Source: Sphagnum compactum
Lineage: Eukaryota
Reading direction: 5' to 3'
DNA length: 64,000 bases
Assembly (NCBI GenBank): GCA_965153455.1
Contig: OZ234493.1
Coordinates: 29,626,213-29,690,212 of the forward strand
In this document: positions 35,466 to 50,075 of the stretch, one piece after another
Layout: every line of letters starts with the position of its first letter
Numbering within the stretch: the first letter of the stretch is position 1
Notes under the pieces: model-generated
What the model saw: the letters and a program-made list of their open reading frames with translations, nothing else
Database searches by the model: none
Told to the model about the DNA's origin: nothing
Position numbers and translations under genes: made by a program

Positions 35466-38350
35466 TGTTTTGAGTGATTATGACTTTCATTCCTCTATAA
35501 ATCTTTAAGAATGGTGCTAAATTTTGATTTTTATTTGTTGGCATGGTTTGCTTTATAATGTATTAAATATCATTGCGTATTGGATTTTTTTTATAAATAC
35601 CAATAGCTAAAATTGTATAACATTTTTGTTTTAATGAATTTGAATTTATTTTTATGATTTGATGGTTGATGGCATTGCTTTAATTCATTTCAAGGAACTA
35701 CAAAGGTTGCCCCCCTCCATGGATCTTCAAATATTTTATTTTTAAATTATAAAAAAATTATGTTTTGAGTAATTCAAAGTCTGATTTAGAAATTTTCCAA
35801 TTCTAAGATTTTTTAGAAATGATGTGTAAAAGATGTCTTCGCTTTATCACATCTGTTCTATCAATATTATGCTATTAGGATGAACATAATTTTCCCATAA
35901 ACTTTTACCAATAATTTTTTTAAAGTTTGTTTTATGAATGCAAAGGTTGGTTGGATATTTGTTGAATACAATGGTGTATTAGTGATAGGTGGAAATTGTA
36001 AAAAATTGCACATGAACATTATGTTCATCTCACCAAATGTTGGATTTTGATTTTTGCAATTTCATGTGTATTGTAGCAAACATGTTACAACTAACCATTG
36101 AAATTTCATCAATAATTATGAATTCAATAGTTGACCAAATATCAACTATTGCATTTGATTATTAACAATGGCATGTTTGTCAATGGTCAAGCCCAATAAT
36201 GAATGTATAATTGTTCCACCCACTAACAATGTTGCATTTGTAATGTATGCCACAATGTGAATTTTTTGTTCATTATTCATTTCATAAAAAAAATTGGATG
36301 GCTTTGATGACTTATGTTTTTCCTGTTCTTATAACACCTCCTACATGTTGTAATATTTGTTTCGTGGAATTCATTTGTGTGAACTTTTCAAATGCATAAA
36401 CTTGTAATTTATTTAATTTATATATTTAATTTATTAGTCTTTTAATGGACATTGGTGAATAAATATATTCATAAATTCATTTTACATTGTCTATATTTGT
36501 ATATGAATTATTTGATTGATTTATTTCAACTGTGGGTACATGTGGATTGTGATTTACATGTGTTTGATTCTTGTTTATATGCAGATGCATAAAATCTGGT
36601 GTTGACATATTAAGTACATGATTTTATTTAATATATGGCTCCATTCTTTTATATTATTTTGAGCTTCACTAATTATCATATTCATGTCATCTATTTCGTT
36701 TTTTAAATATGTTTTTAAATTTTCCATTGATTCAATTTTTCTTGTTAGTTCAATATGTATTCTTTATTATTTGTGTTACATAATAAGTATTCCATTTCTA
36801 ATTGTTCAAATTTTTGTTCTTGTTGTTTAGTATTACATTGTATTGTAATTTTGTCAATTTCTTCATGTATCATGTTTTCAACTTGTTCTAAATAAAAATG
36901 ATTTGTTATTGATTCATCATTTTCATTATCATGAACTTCATATTTATTGTAGCTCTAAATAATTTATTTGCATCTCTTGAATCTTTGCATTCATGTAAAA
37001 TTTTGATGTTTTTAATTATCTGTTTTTTAAAGTTGGAAATTTTTTTAAATGATTCATTCAATGTTGTGCTTTCCATGACATAGGGAGATCCTTTTTGATA
37101 TCGAACAAAGTTCACCATGAAGAAAAAATAATGAAAGTTGTTCGAACATAATTTTTTTGATCATTTTTTTATGATGGTATTATATAGGTTTGAATGACTA
37201 GTATTTTATAGTCATATATAGTATGTGTTTTGTATTGAGGGTGATCCTAATGAAATCAATGTCTACGAATATTATTGATTTTATTTGTTTTGCTAGAAAA
37301 TTCATATGGAAACTAATATCCAAAACAATTAGGTATTTGTTGATAATCGGTTCGAAATTTGTGTATGACATATTCTGAATTTTAAATTTTTTTGTCAATT
37401 GTAAATGTTTCAAAAATTTCATTTATGATATTATTGTTTTTATTTTGGTTCATATCTTTGTTTTCTTGTTCATTTACCCATGTTCAAAAACTATACCATG
37501 GTATATATGTGAAATCATAATCGATGATGTGATCTAGTAAAAGTTAATAAATAACTATCTTTTGAAGTCAATATTTCTTGTTGGCCTTTTCTCCTTGTAT
37601 GGCCTAATTATTTGTTTGCCTATGCCATGTTGGTGATAGTGGTTGTTATTTGGACATATGAAACTAGGAGCCATGATTCCAACAAACTTGTAAAAAATTA
37701 GTGCAACAAGTTTGCTTGCACTATCAAGCACTATTTGAAATACAGGTGAATACATCTTCCTTTCTTGAAATCCTTAAAATGCAAATGATCTTCCCATTGC
37801 CAATAGTTCATGGGCTAAATGATTTTTTAAGTATGTTGCCCTATTTTTTTCATGACAATATTCACCTTTAGGCTTTAGATTCAAATGTTGCTTCCACTTT
37901 TAGCTGGGTCGCCATTTGTCCCTCCTAAACTTGATATGCTAACGTTGGAATTGTTATTATTTTAGGTCATATTTTGGCCATTCCTCTTGACAATGCTGAT
38001 GAAAGCATGATACACAGGGGCTATTGCTATGATATAGAACACTTCTTTAGAATTGCATCTTGTTTCATTTAGTTTTGCAATTGGCATAATTCATGTTTGG
38101 GATCCTTAAGCATGAATTTATGGAACAAGACTCTTTTGGATGATTTTGTGTTTGTTTGCCATACAAGGTGGTGACTCCAATGCCTCTCTTCAAAATTGAC
38201 CTTGATGTCTTTGGTGCAAGTTAGTGAGTGTACGTTATAGTTACTGAGATGAATACTTGCATATGGGGAGATTGTGTTTGTTGACTATTTTTGTTTAGAT
38301 CTACGACAACCAGAGGTTCAACATCATTATGATTGAAATATTAACCAATG
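35465..38350 (-). mobile_element. Decayed Helitron RepHel (PIF1-type helicase) remnant
   Basis: Minus-strand motifs in order: GGVIRTGKT (~36345, Walker A-like), LLVGGTIIHSLLGL (~36220), IIIDEISMV (~36119-36093), GEMNIMFMCNFLQFPP (~36030-35990), IILIEQM (~35860), LAPFLKIYRGMKVIITQNI (~35520-35465). Many stops. The upstream Rep part and the right boundary are uncertain. Confidence 0.78.
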
Positions 38351-40611
38351 CACTACTTTGCAAATCTATTATCCTTTTGAGTTTTTTTTAAAAAATTTGT
38401 GAGAGGGAGCAACAGGGAGGAATTGGATGCAAGTAATGTATGCAATGTTTTGATTTATATTGTGATGGTGATCAAGTGTAGGTCATACTTATGTCCTCTT
38501 TGTTGACATTTAGAATTTTTAACCCAAATAACCAACCTAGATGCCATATTTGAAGGTTCTCAATCAGGTTATGAAAAAATTGCCCCATATGCATAATCGG
38601 ATTGGGTGATCCTAGGTAGGTTATTGCAAAAATTGGCCCTTCCGCATATCCAGCAGTTAATAATTCATAAAAAAAATGAACATTGATATCCTGGTGTGCT
38701 GGCCTTGCGCAGATTTTTAATCTTTTTTAAGGCGCGTTCTGGAATATTGATACCAGGTTGATCCAAAAAATCTAGAAAAAAAAGAACATTGATACCCTGC
38801 GTGTAAGTCAAATTTCAAAATTTTGCAAGAACTGCCCCCACCTAGTATTGAAAAAAACCAATATCCGGACAACACTGGTCCTAACTCTAGGTGAAGTGCT
38901 CTAGCTTAACAAAGTGCCAACTTGTCTTCCTTGACTAGGGGATAGTAAGATCCAATAGATGTTGGTTTTGTTTGCTCTCTTGTTCTCCATTTGTACCCCA
39001 ACGAGCATCTTGCCATCGCCTTAGGGGTTTAGGCTTGGAGCCAGTGCTAAGGACTATTTTTCTTATATCCCAAGCTGTTTGATTTGCCATGAGGGCAAGT
39101 GTTGTTTTTGCACTTGCCAAAATCTACCAGGAGGGGATTGCACAATCACTTGTGACACAAGAACATAGCCTCAAAGTTTGCAATGATTTTTTGCGAATCT
39201 GCCAATGCTGGCTGGCTTGTACTGTTGTGATAAAATGCACAGCAAAGAATTTTCAAAGTTTGCAATGATGTCTTCCAATCTGCCAATGCTTGCTGGTCCC
39301 TACAGTTGCCATTAAAAGCACTAAGAAAGATTTTCAAATTGGTTGGCAATGTTCACAATGAAACCTTCAAAACTCCCCGAAATGACCTCACAATCATTTC
39401 CACAATGTTCCGTGGAATTGTTAAGGACAAAGAACACGCAATTTCTAAATTGTGGAAAGAAAAGAACCATCTAAGTAGCTATCCTACTTCCGTTGTGGCA
39501 TATGTACCAAAAAAAGTTGTCTTGGGCAACAAGTTCCTCCTTGTGAATATAAAAAGTTACACATGCTCTAGCGTGGTCACAAGGGAACCTCCATGTTGCT
39601 GGCCGGAGTGAACCAACAGCCGACCTACAAACGGATGGCAGGATGGATGTGCGGACGCAGAACACTCTGTTCATTGCATTATTGTCTCATAGCTAACCAT
39701 ATTGGTCAGCTATATATGTACATCCACACCAAGTGCCTTACAGACATAGTTTGGTTATGACTCAGTTCATCCACACCTGAGTAATAATAGATTGCCAATG
39801 GATGCTGTACTGGAGGGTTGCTAGTAAGAGCATCTCCACCAATGTTCAGTATGTGACCCTGCAAAAATATTTCTCACATCCAAGTTTTAGTTACTAGGTA
39901 ACTAGTTTCCAACTCCACCCACAAAACTGAAACTGGGACTGCAAGTAGGTGGGAGACTACTGGTAGCAACCCGCTCGGACCAATCAAACTATCTACCCAA
40001 TCAGAAACAGGGAGCAGTCAATAAATACGATTTGACTGTGTTTATTACACTGTTCGAGGGCTCTGGAAAGCTCTGCATTTTCTCAGGGTCCCGGCAATCT
40101 TTCAGTGGATTCACTGGGTTTAGAACTCTATGTCTTTTGCCGTGCACTGCAAATGGCAATACGGCGTGTTTTGACTTTTCATACATTTATGGGCTTGATC
40201 TTTGATCTTCAAGGCTCAACCTTTTTCCAAAGCTTTCCAAATTTTCAACATTGGAATATTTTCTGAAGCCTCACAACCCTTTTTTGCCAAAGCTTCTGCC
40301 CAATTTTCAAAGGTTGAAATTCTTTTCTTTTTTGGGGAACTTTAATGTCGAGCAGCTTGAAGTCTCGTCGAGTTTTTCCCAATATCTTCATATAAAAAAT
40401 CATTCTTCGGGATTCTCCTATTTCTCAATTATTTTATGCTGAAGTTGGTTCCTGGCGGTGTCTCTTTGGAGAATCCTGTGTTGAGGGCTTCAAGTTTCAA
40501 CAACTCCTGCACCGCATAGACCATAAAAGTCTTGGACTGGACCAATTTTCTGTCAACTAAATAGCAGAAATCGTTTGTGAGAGGGGATCTATGCGAAGAA
40601 GTAGCTCTTGT

Positions 40612-40612
40612 C

Positions 40613-40662
<50 letters not shown>
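40612..40662. repeat. Compound (GT)n(GA)n microsatellite upstream of VSR
   Basis: gtgtgt...gagaga run seen directly. Confidence 0.9.
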
Positions 40663-40664
<2 letters not shown>

Positions 40665-41279
40665 AGGGATACGGAGAAAGGTTCGTGGTGGGAGAATTTT
40701 GATCTTCTTAGAGGAGGAGCAAAACCGACAATTTTGTTCCTCAAGTTGTGGGGATTGTCATACACAAAACTGAATAAATTGCGGCCGTCTCTGTAGCAGT
40801 GGTGGGTTAGGTGCTTCTGGGAGGAAGCTCACTTTCTTTTTAGACTCGTGTGATTGTTGCTTTGCTGATTAAGGTTTCTCACTTTTTGGTTTTCATCAGG
40901 CTATACAAGGAGCCGCCTTCTGAAGATCTGGAGCGGATGAACCTGGAATTCTATAGTCTTTTTTTGTTTCCCTGTTGTTCTTGAATGTTTGTATTGGATC
41001 TGCATCCGAGGAAAGTGGGAGCGGAGGAGGAGGGGAGACGAACCCTATACGTAAATTTGGGTTAGCCTCTGGAATAGTCGGTAGAGATCAAGGTGCAGAT
41101 TTGTATTCTCCTCCGAGCTAGTCCTGGACTCCGGATTCTGTTGAGAGCCTTGTTAGGATTGTAGTCATATGGGTGGATTACCTTAGTTTGGATCAGAGTG
41201 AGCTCTAAGGGTTGAAAGACACGAATTCGAGAGCGTTCCGGATTCAAAGGGCTTTGAAAGCATCCAGGGGAGCTCATCA

Positions 41280-44200
41280 ATGATGGGGAAGCTTTACATG
41301 ACAGGCAAAAGAATGGCAAGGTTCCAAATTTTGGCGCTTGTGTTTGCTATGGTAGCATCGTCGGCGTTGGGAGCCTTTCTAATCGAAGAGAACAGCATCA
41401 CCGTGACCTCTCCTGATAGTTTGAAGGGAACTTACCAAAGCTCAATTGGGAATTTTGGAGTGCCGCAGTATGGAGGCACCCTAGCAGGAACGGTGTTATA
41501 CTTGAAAGATAAGCCAAAGGGTTGTGATCCTTTTGAAGATAGAACCTTTAAAGCAAACAGCGGCGGTCGTCCAGTCTTCGCTCTTGTGGATCGTGGAGGT
41601 TTGTTTTTCTTTGACACTTCGTTTCTGTTTGTTGTTTGTATGACCTTTCTGTTGGAATTTCTACTAGTCTTTCAGAGTTCACTCAAAGTGCTGTAATTGA
41701 GTTTGGCAGATTGTTATTTCACGACCAAGGTGTACCATGCACAGCAAGCAGGTGCAGCAGCAGTGTTGGTTGCAGACAGCAGGACAGAGAGTCTCGTCAC
41801 CATGGATTCACCTGAAGAGAATCCCAGTACAGCAAAGGAAGTTGAGGATATCAACATCCCATCCGCTCTCATCACGAAAGACTTTGGTGACAAGTTGAAG
41901 AGTGCTCTTGAGCACAAGGAATTGGTCAACATGAAACTTGATTGGCGGGAATCACTCCCACACCCAGATGAGCGTGTTGAATATGAATTCTGGACTAACA
42001 GCAATGACGAATGTGGTCCTAAATGCGACGCACAAATTGAATTTGTGAGAAGCTTTAAAGGTGTTGCTCAGATTTTGGAGCGGGGTCAGTACACACTTTT
42101 CACTCCGCATTACATAACATGGTATTGCCCAAAGGCTTTTGTCGAGAGCAAGCAGTGTAAATCACAGTGCATTAACAATGGCCGGTACTGTGCTCCTGAC
42201 CCTGAGCAAGATTTCAACATTGGATATGATGGGAAGCAAGTGGTGACAGAGAATTTGCGGCAACTCTGTGTTTTCAAAGTTGCCACACAGTTGACGACAC
42301 CCAGACCATGGGTATGGTGGGATTATGTCACTGATTTCCAGATTCGTTGCCCAATGAAAGAGAAGAAATATGGGCCAGAGTGTGCAGAGCAAGTTATCAC
42401 CTCATTATGTACGTTTCTTCCTTTCAATACATACAACAGGTTTTCCTGACACTGTATTGTGGAAGTTAAAAGTCCCTTTTTGGTGAGGTTTTGTGTCTGC
42501 TCGTTCAGAATGGGAATTAGACTTGAATGCTAAGAAAGCCAATTTTGATTATGAAATTTTGCTGTGGGATTGCAGCATTGAATCCTTCAGATATCCGTGA
42601 ATGTATGGGCGATCTGACAGTTGATGAAGATAATCCAATTCTAAAAGCAGAGCAAGAGGCACAGGTTGGTTCCTTTCCTTTACTCTTGGAAACTCTCCAC
42701 AGTGATACTTTACAGTATGCTTGCTGTGGTTTCCAACATCATTCTAATACAGATTTGTCCCGATAATAAAAAGCCTTCTAATCTAGCAACTTTCCAAGAA
42801 AAGACATGACAATTGCATATTGGAGCGAGTTTTCTCCTGGCATGTTTTTGCTGCAACAAAGTAACCTTGTGGGCTATGTGCTGGGATCGAAGGAGGAGAT
42901 TAGAATTGAAATTACAGTACAATTGGTGTCAAAAATGCAGTTGATTGCATCACCTAATCCCTTAGACGGTAGAATGCTACAATTATTATATATACTATAA
43001 GGAAATAAAATCCTGCTATGCCACTATGGCCTTATTACTGTTGGTCTGGAGAATGCCTAGAAACCTGTGCAACTACAGATGATATTAAAAACTATGCTCA
43101 GCCTGTCGATGAGATTCATGGATATTGTAACAAGACCTGTATTGTTGATGGCACTCACCAATATGATATTCTCGGTACAGTTCTGCAGTTCTTCCTGTCT
43201 GTATGATGGTGAAGCATCATGCATTGATGTTCATTTTGGTTAGGGCATTGACAAATCTGTGTTTGGCTGTCAGGTTGGGAAAGGTGATCGTGGTGATGTC
43301 ACCATTTTGCCAACACTTGTCATCAACCAACGGCAGTACCGAGGTTGGTGTGATTTCGGCCCTTCATCTTGTTTACCAGGTGTTGCAATGACAAAATGCA
43401 AGCATGAAATGGGCATGAAGGCTGACCAAGAAAGTTTCTGATTTTCAGAGTCTAACATATTCAAACTAATACAACCTAAACCTGACATCACCTATCCTGA
43501 TATAGCTGCACAGAACCAAATTCTAAGTAGTACGTACCTTTCTGTATAATTTGGTCTTGCAGGAAAGCTGGAGAAGGCAGCCGTGACTAAGGCTATCTGT
43601 TCAGGTTACAAGGAGACCACAGACCCACCCGTGTGTTTAAGTCAAGGTAATCATCATCAAACTTATCCTCTTGATATGTTTGAACCTTGCATGCAAAGTT
43701 CTCATCTTGAAGAAATTCACAATGTCAATGTACAATCGCTGCTAGTGGATGTATAGTGTTATGTGTAATAAAACGCAAAATTGTCTTTTTCTCCTTTTCC
43801 CACCTGGATATTCCTTATTTCCCTGGTATTGAATAAAACCATGCAATGAAACAGAAAAGTTGGAATCTAGGGTCTTTTGACAGGAGTCTTTCCTTGAGAT
43901 TTTGCAGCTGTTGAGACAAATGAATGCCTCAGCAACAATGGTGGATGCTGGCACAAGGGTAATATTACAGCATGCAAGGTACAATGACACCTTCTCATCT
44001 GTCCCAACTCCTGAAACAGCCATTCAACAGACTTGGGCAGGCAGTTGCTGCAACTGAATAGTGACACTGGAATTTGGTTATTTGGTTGCTGAGTTCACGT
44101 GCAACATATTTGTGTGTCACTGTAAAAGTAGTTGTTGTAGAACTTGAACTCAAGATTTTCAGAATAGGGGGAGTTCTGGACTACCAAACAGACTGAGATG

Positions 44201-46199
44201 ACAAGAAATGGGAAGGACTCAGGTTGTTCTCGTTTTTAGTAACTGACATTTGCCTTGTTACAGACTATCATTGTGGCACATGAAGCTCCCCAGTTTGTGT
44301 TGTATTTCTGTGTGCCCCAACAATGCTAGTCCATGAGATCATTAGCAAAATTGCTTGTTCTTGATGTTCTCTGATTGTTTGTTTGTCGGGAACTATTTTT
44401 TTCCACAGGACACATTCCGCGGCCGTGTATGCGAGTGCCCACTGGTTGAAGGTGTGCAGTTTGAAGGTGATGGATACACCGACTGTCAAGGTACTGATAA
44501 ACATTTGTGTGATGCCATTCAGCCACCCCTTAGATACTTTCACAACTGCCCACCTTTCAATTATTCAACAAAAGTTTGATTGTCTAACTTCACAAAATCT
44601 GGAAACAGCCAAAGGACTAGGACGTTGCAATTTTGACAACAATGGGTGCTGGAAAGAAACTCAAGGAGGCGTTATATTTACTGCTTGCCAGGTACTCCTG
44701 CACTTTCCCCTCCCAGGTTTTCATCTGAAATTGCACTGTAAAGTTTGGGCACAAGATAGCAATTACTCAGTGCTGATGGAGATATTTAAATCAGTTCACT
44801 GTAGTTGGCATAAAAGGACAAAAGTTCTACTGTACAACAAAAATGTGACAGTAGGGTGTGTTGTGTGTTTAGGGTTTCAGTTATTGGAGAAGTATGATTC
44901 TACTTTAGAAGAGGCAGTGCTGATACATTCCAGTCTGTATTGAGGGTTGTATTGAGATAGATGCATGATGTCTTAGTCATAGACCTCTCAAACCTGGTTA
45001 GACACAGTTTGTTCTCTGGAAATTATACATAATGCAATCTCTGGCTAGTGTGGTAGAGTTTGTAGCATAATGATGAGACAAGGGATGACATCACCAGACA
45101 TAATAAATCTGTGCCATTGTTTTTGGTGCTTGAAGGATTCCTATACTGGATGCACATGCCCCGAGGGGTTCACTGGTGATGGGTTTGTTGATGGCTCTGG
45201 ATGTACTGGTATGTCACATACATGCTAACACATTATTCTCACCTTTTAAGTAGAGATGCTGATGTACTTAGGCTTTGACCTGATTAGAATACCCTGAATC
45301 CTCACTGTGACCTTATTAACGGGACTGGTATGTGACCTCCACCACTGATGAAGTCAGTGGGGATGTTATGGTAGGGGGTAATACATTAAATTTTTCTGTT
45401 AATAGGTCCCTGAAGATGCTTATGACTGAGGAGTGATTTTATTTTCTCTTTTCTTTAGGCTTGAGTTTCCTCTTTTTCATGTCTGCTCTCTGGTTGCTGT
45501 TACATTGTTGGATCAGAAAATTCTATAACCTTATCATCAGGTCACCTCACAATTCTTTTCAGGTTGACATAAATTGTAGGTATAGAGAAATTCTCATTAC
45601 TTATGAAGATACTGTTGTTTGTGCAGATATTGATGAGTGCTCTGAAAAGACAAGATGTCAATGTCCAGAATGTCAGTGCACAAACAAGTGGGGTGGTTAT
45701 GATTGCCAATGCTCTGGCGGCCTTCTCTACATTCATGAACATGATACTTGCATCAGTGAATCCTCATTCCCTATTCATGCTTCCTGAGCACCCTTGCCAT
45801 TTGAGCCATTCTAAATGAATCATATGTATAGATGATTGTTTTTTAGTCTTAGCAGTCCTAACACTTTATGTGGGTTTGATTGAGCAGGCAAAAGGATTAC
45901 ACCATCCAAAGTTGGGTGGACTGTTTCAGTCATAGTATTGGTCGGGATGGTGGTTCTTGCAGTCGGTGGCTATGTTATCTACAAATACAGGCTACGGGTA
46001 CAATTTCCTCAGTGCCATCACTTCATGCATTTGCATATAATTTGTCGTTCTAGTTATGTTTGAAGTATACTGAGCTTGTGTCTTCTTTTGTGGGGGATGG
46101 CAGTCATACATGGATTCTGAGATCAGAGCAATCATGGCACAATACATGCCATTAGATAGCCAGAATGAAGTTCATACCCATATGCAGGAGGATGCCTAA
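41280..46199 (+). CDS. VSR: Vacuolar sorting receptor (BP-80/VSR family), intact, 12 exons
   Basis: Exons 41280-41598, 41710-42408, 42576-42664, 43274-43343, 43563-43646, 43908-43978, 44409-44490, 44609-44691, 45136-45208, 45627-45755, 45888-45997, 46104-46199; all GT-AG with consistent phase. Signal peptide, PA domain ([20 protein letters not shown]), [13 protein letters not shown], three EGF repeats, TM segment, and tail [19 protein letters not shown]. The start could be any Met from 41280 to 41313. Confidence 0.96.
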
Positions 46200-46334
46200 C
46201 TGCAGGTTTTTACTGTCCCTGCACAATGGCTTCTACCCAGATGACAAGTATCCCAAGTATTCTAGATCATATCTGTGGTGTTGCTTGTGGTGTGCTTTGA
46301 GGATATGTTCAAGATACAGGGGGCCCCAACCCTA

Positions 46335-46795
46335 TCCTCTTTGTAGGTGTCTCTATGCCATAGGCTCAGATGCTTGGTTGTATGGGAGCAAGAAAAAATG
46401 AAATGAAGCTTACCCTCACGAGCTTGTTGCAGCTTGAATGAGGATACTATTGAAATTTTTGATCAGCTATGTCTCGAGTGTAAGCTGACATCATAACTGA
46501 GTCTTCATGTTGCCTCCAGAAATGAAATAGAAACTCAGGATGCAGAACTTTGTATAACTGTTTGCCCCAAGTTTTATGCAGATTATCATATATTCACCTA
46601 CACCCACCATTGGAACTGATGAAGTTGGTTGGGCATTAATGGCAGCTAGCCCTGCTATTCATGATGAAGGTGATGGTCTGATACTTTGTTATACTCACAA
46701 GGCTATGACCACACTCATTCTTGTGTTTGTTGTGATTGGCTAAAACTGACATGATGGTTACCTTCAAAGTGTTATTGTGGAGTTTTCTATGCAAT
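46335..46795. repeat. VSR 3' region, related to two downstream copies (50859-51162, 52080-52527)
   Basis: Shared blocks: agcttgttgcagcttgaatgaggatactattga, agaaactcagga, ctacacccac, tgatgaaggtgatggtctg. Confidence 0.88.
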
Positions 46796-49210
46796 CTTAC
46801 TAGATACACTACCCATGGTGTCTGCTTCCTAAGAATTCTCAAAGAGCATCTGCTCCTTAGATTTGCAAGATTCTGTGTGAGTATAGTTTTCAGCCTATTG
46901 AAGCACTTCTCATATGTTACCACAGAGGTTTGGATACACTCAAAGAAGATTGTAAAGACACCATTGATGTCCTCAAACAGAGATATACAACTGGATTGGG
47001 TTTGGCTGCGGTAGCTGAGTTGTCATAGATATTAGTAAAGGTAGATTGAAATTGCTATTGTGAGCTTGTTTAGGCTTCTCTGGGGATCAGGTCCTGATGT
47101 TCATGACACTGAACCAGATTCACAATCATCTAAGTTAGCTTTGAGGAATCTTCTAAGTTAGCTTTATGGGGCTAATTGTTGTGTATGGGTAGAGATGGGG
47201 TGAAATTTGTATACTTTATGTTGCACAAAGTCTCATAACAGCAAGAGTTGGGATGAGTGAGGACGCAGTGGCAAACTGGATGCTTGGATTTGTGACCTTA
47301 GCTTGTGGGTGCATTTGTCCTTTATTTTAGTAAAGCATTGATGGTGAAAATGGTTGAACAGCTCTGAAGCATGTGTTGACTCCTTGTAAGGTGTGCACTA
47401 AAGGTGGAACAGATGAGAGTTGACAAAGGTGAAATTTGTACATATATAACACAGAATTTTTCCCAAGGCCATAACAGCCAGAGACATTGCAATGCGTCCA
47501 GTGACATGCTTGATGAAGACTAGTTGAAACCAAACAAGTGACAAGAAATGACAAAGCTGGAGGTTTGGCAAGGTTTAAGAGCATCACTTGCTGAAGTATG
47601 ACTTGGCAATTTGCAGGTACACACTGCAATGTGTCCAGTAACACACTTTATGAAGAATTGAAAACCAAACTAGTGGTCAGACTTATCAAAGCTGGAGGTT
47701 TGAGATGGTTCAAGAGTATCACTTGTTGAAGCATGGTTTTGGGATTAGTGACCATGGCATCCAAACTGTCCTCTTTCACAGCTTTTGCTACTGAAACTGT
47801 ATCATGGGGAATTTCCTTGCCTATCTTTGACTGAATCATGCTGTTGGAAGTTACCTGCACATATGCCTTGAAATGAATATTATTTCCTGTCTAATGTCCT
47901 TGGGTTAACCCATGCAGCTGCAAAATAGTGTCTGCATTTTTTAATATTGTGATATCCAAAAGTTCACAAATTGTATAAGTAGGGAACTTTCGAAGTAGGG
48001 CGCATTGACTAAATCTTCCAGTGAGAGGGTGAATCAAAGTGATTTGATTTCCGGGAAGGGATACTGTAGGTTCAAAGGTGCAAAAAAAAGCAGCATGTGA
48101 TTGTGCTGAGAAAACTGCACCTTCAGCTGCTTGTCATAATCTTGGTGACAAACAGGAGTAATGTAATGCCTACAAGAAATTGGATGCTCTAGGGGATAAT
48201 TATTGTCCTGTGGTTTGATTGAAATTGAAGCAGAAACTTGCACTAAACAGCTTACAGATGGTGCAGCCCGATCCAGGATAGAGACCAAGGGTGTTATTAT
48301 GCCCGCCACATATTCCACACTTTGATTATCCTTTGAATTGACCAGTCTCCAGTATTTATGAAAGGTAATTAGTCTCCTAAAAGCATGGAAATAGATTGAA
48401 TTAGTGTGTGATGGTTTAGTAGTGCTGAGGGATGGAGAGGTTAAAATATGGATTTGATCACTCCTCAAGTTCATTCTGCACACAATGAATCTATGATGAA
48501 CCAATTAAAAGAAATGCAACCACTTCATTGTCAAAATCTCACCAAAAGACTTTTTTTGATCATCATCATCCTTTTGGGAGAGAAAAAACATGAATATTAT
48601 AGATCCTTAAATTGACTCTCTGTGCCATCATCCTTCCACAATTTATCAATAAGAGAGAACCATGTTACATTATTTGTCCAAATGTCAACATAAGGTCATC
48701 ACCATCATCATTCTTAGAGAGAAAGTAAGCATCTACCAACATTAAGCATTATAATTGAACATTAAATTAGTCAAGAGACATATTGGGTCATGAAGTGTCG
48801 TAGCTTTTCCAAATCATAATTACAATTTAGTTATGTCAAGTAGGTGACAATTTTGTAGATATATATATATATATAGTGTGTGTGTGTGTGTGTGATGATG
48901 CCTTTGTGAAACTGATAATACTAAAAGCTTCTAGTTGGTGAAGCACAAAACTTTGTAGTTGGTGTGTATGTTTATGACAAGGAGGTTTGAGCTCTCCTTT
49001 TAGTAATCGAGGTCTAGGGTTTAATCTATTGAATGGAGAGTTCTAATGTTCTTAGAACTTCAACATTGATCAAGTGTCAAGTCTGGCAAATTATCCGTAG
49101 CCATCTGGCAAATTTTTTGGGTCCAAAAGAACCCTAAAATTTTGTGAGAATTTTGTCACCACTGCCAGACTAGTTTAGTGGAAGAAATTTGGCAACAATT
49201 CTCCACTTTC

Positions 49211-49427
49211 AGGTGCATTCACACTTGGTGTTAAGGACTCTAGTATTAAGTCCCCTAACACCAAGCTAGTCATTTAGGACCTAAACCTATTTATCATGAA
49301 GATTTTTATGTTAAGTTAAACATTCATTTAATATGAAACAATCATCCATTTAACATTGGGTGCCACCTAAGATGCCACCTAGATTTTCAATTAACACACT
49401 GACTTAACATTCTGTGTGAATGCACCT
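49211..49427. mobile_element. MITE (Tourist/PIF-like?) with 14-bp perfect TIR
   Basis: aggtgcattcacac at 49211-49224 and gtgtgaatgcacct at 49414-49427, with tgttaag/cttaaca further in. Flanks ttc/tta are a possible degenerate 3-bp TSD. Confidence 0.75.
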
Positions 49428-49619
49428 TTAGAATACAACACACACAATCTTTTACCCAATCCTTTCACTATTATTTCACAGTCAAATCAATAATGGAATG
49501 CTCTCTCTTACCGAGATTGAAATCTGACCAGCAAATCTCTCACTGTGCAAAAAAATTATTTACTCATTTACTTTCCTACTTGTGAGTCGAAAACATAGCC
49601 GGCGTTAATTGGGGAGAGG

Positions 49620-49800
49620 GGCAGGGGCGGAGTTGTCGGTCCCTTCTCATTGGTGCTCCTACTGACGTCCTATCGGCCAAGATCTTCACCACAGCCAATA
49701 AGATTGCTCCATGGTTTGTCCGTAGCCGGCATTATCTGACGTGTCTTCCACGTGGCCGTACTGGCCTTAAATCAGAAACGACGCCTCTAGGGTTTGGTTG
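49620..49800 (+). promoter_or_regulatory. GC-rich promoter with clustered bZIP, CCAAT, GC-box and telo-box motifs
   Basis: GGGGCGG 49624, ATTGG 49649, TGACGTC 49663, CCAAT 49695, TGACGTGTC 49737, CCACGTGGC 49748, TAGGGTTT 49788. Confidence 0.6.
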
Positions 49801-50075
49801 TTTCTTCCATTTGGCGAAGAAATTTGCGAATTGCTTGGCATCGCGATCATCGTCACCAGGAAGTTTCGGTATTGTTATGGAGGATTGCGCGGCCGCCTTC
49901 GGCAAGGGGAGAGAGAGAGAGAGAGAGAGGTAGGCGTTTGAGGAGTGGAAGAGAAAAGGGCTCTTTTTTTTCCAGCAGGAGATGTTAGAGATATGAACGG
50001 GTTGAGGATTGGAGGTAGAGAAAGGAAAAAGAGGGCAAGGAAGGGAAGAGTTGGGTGCGTTCGGGAGGGGCTCAA

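Noticed and set aside
46655-46685. C/D-box snoRNA-like atgatga...ctga
   Set aside because: The boxes are too close together, and the D box is not kept in the other two copies.
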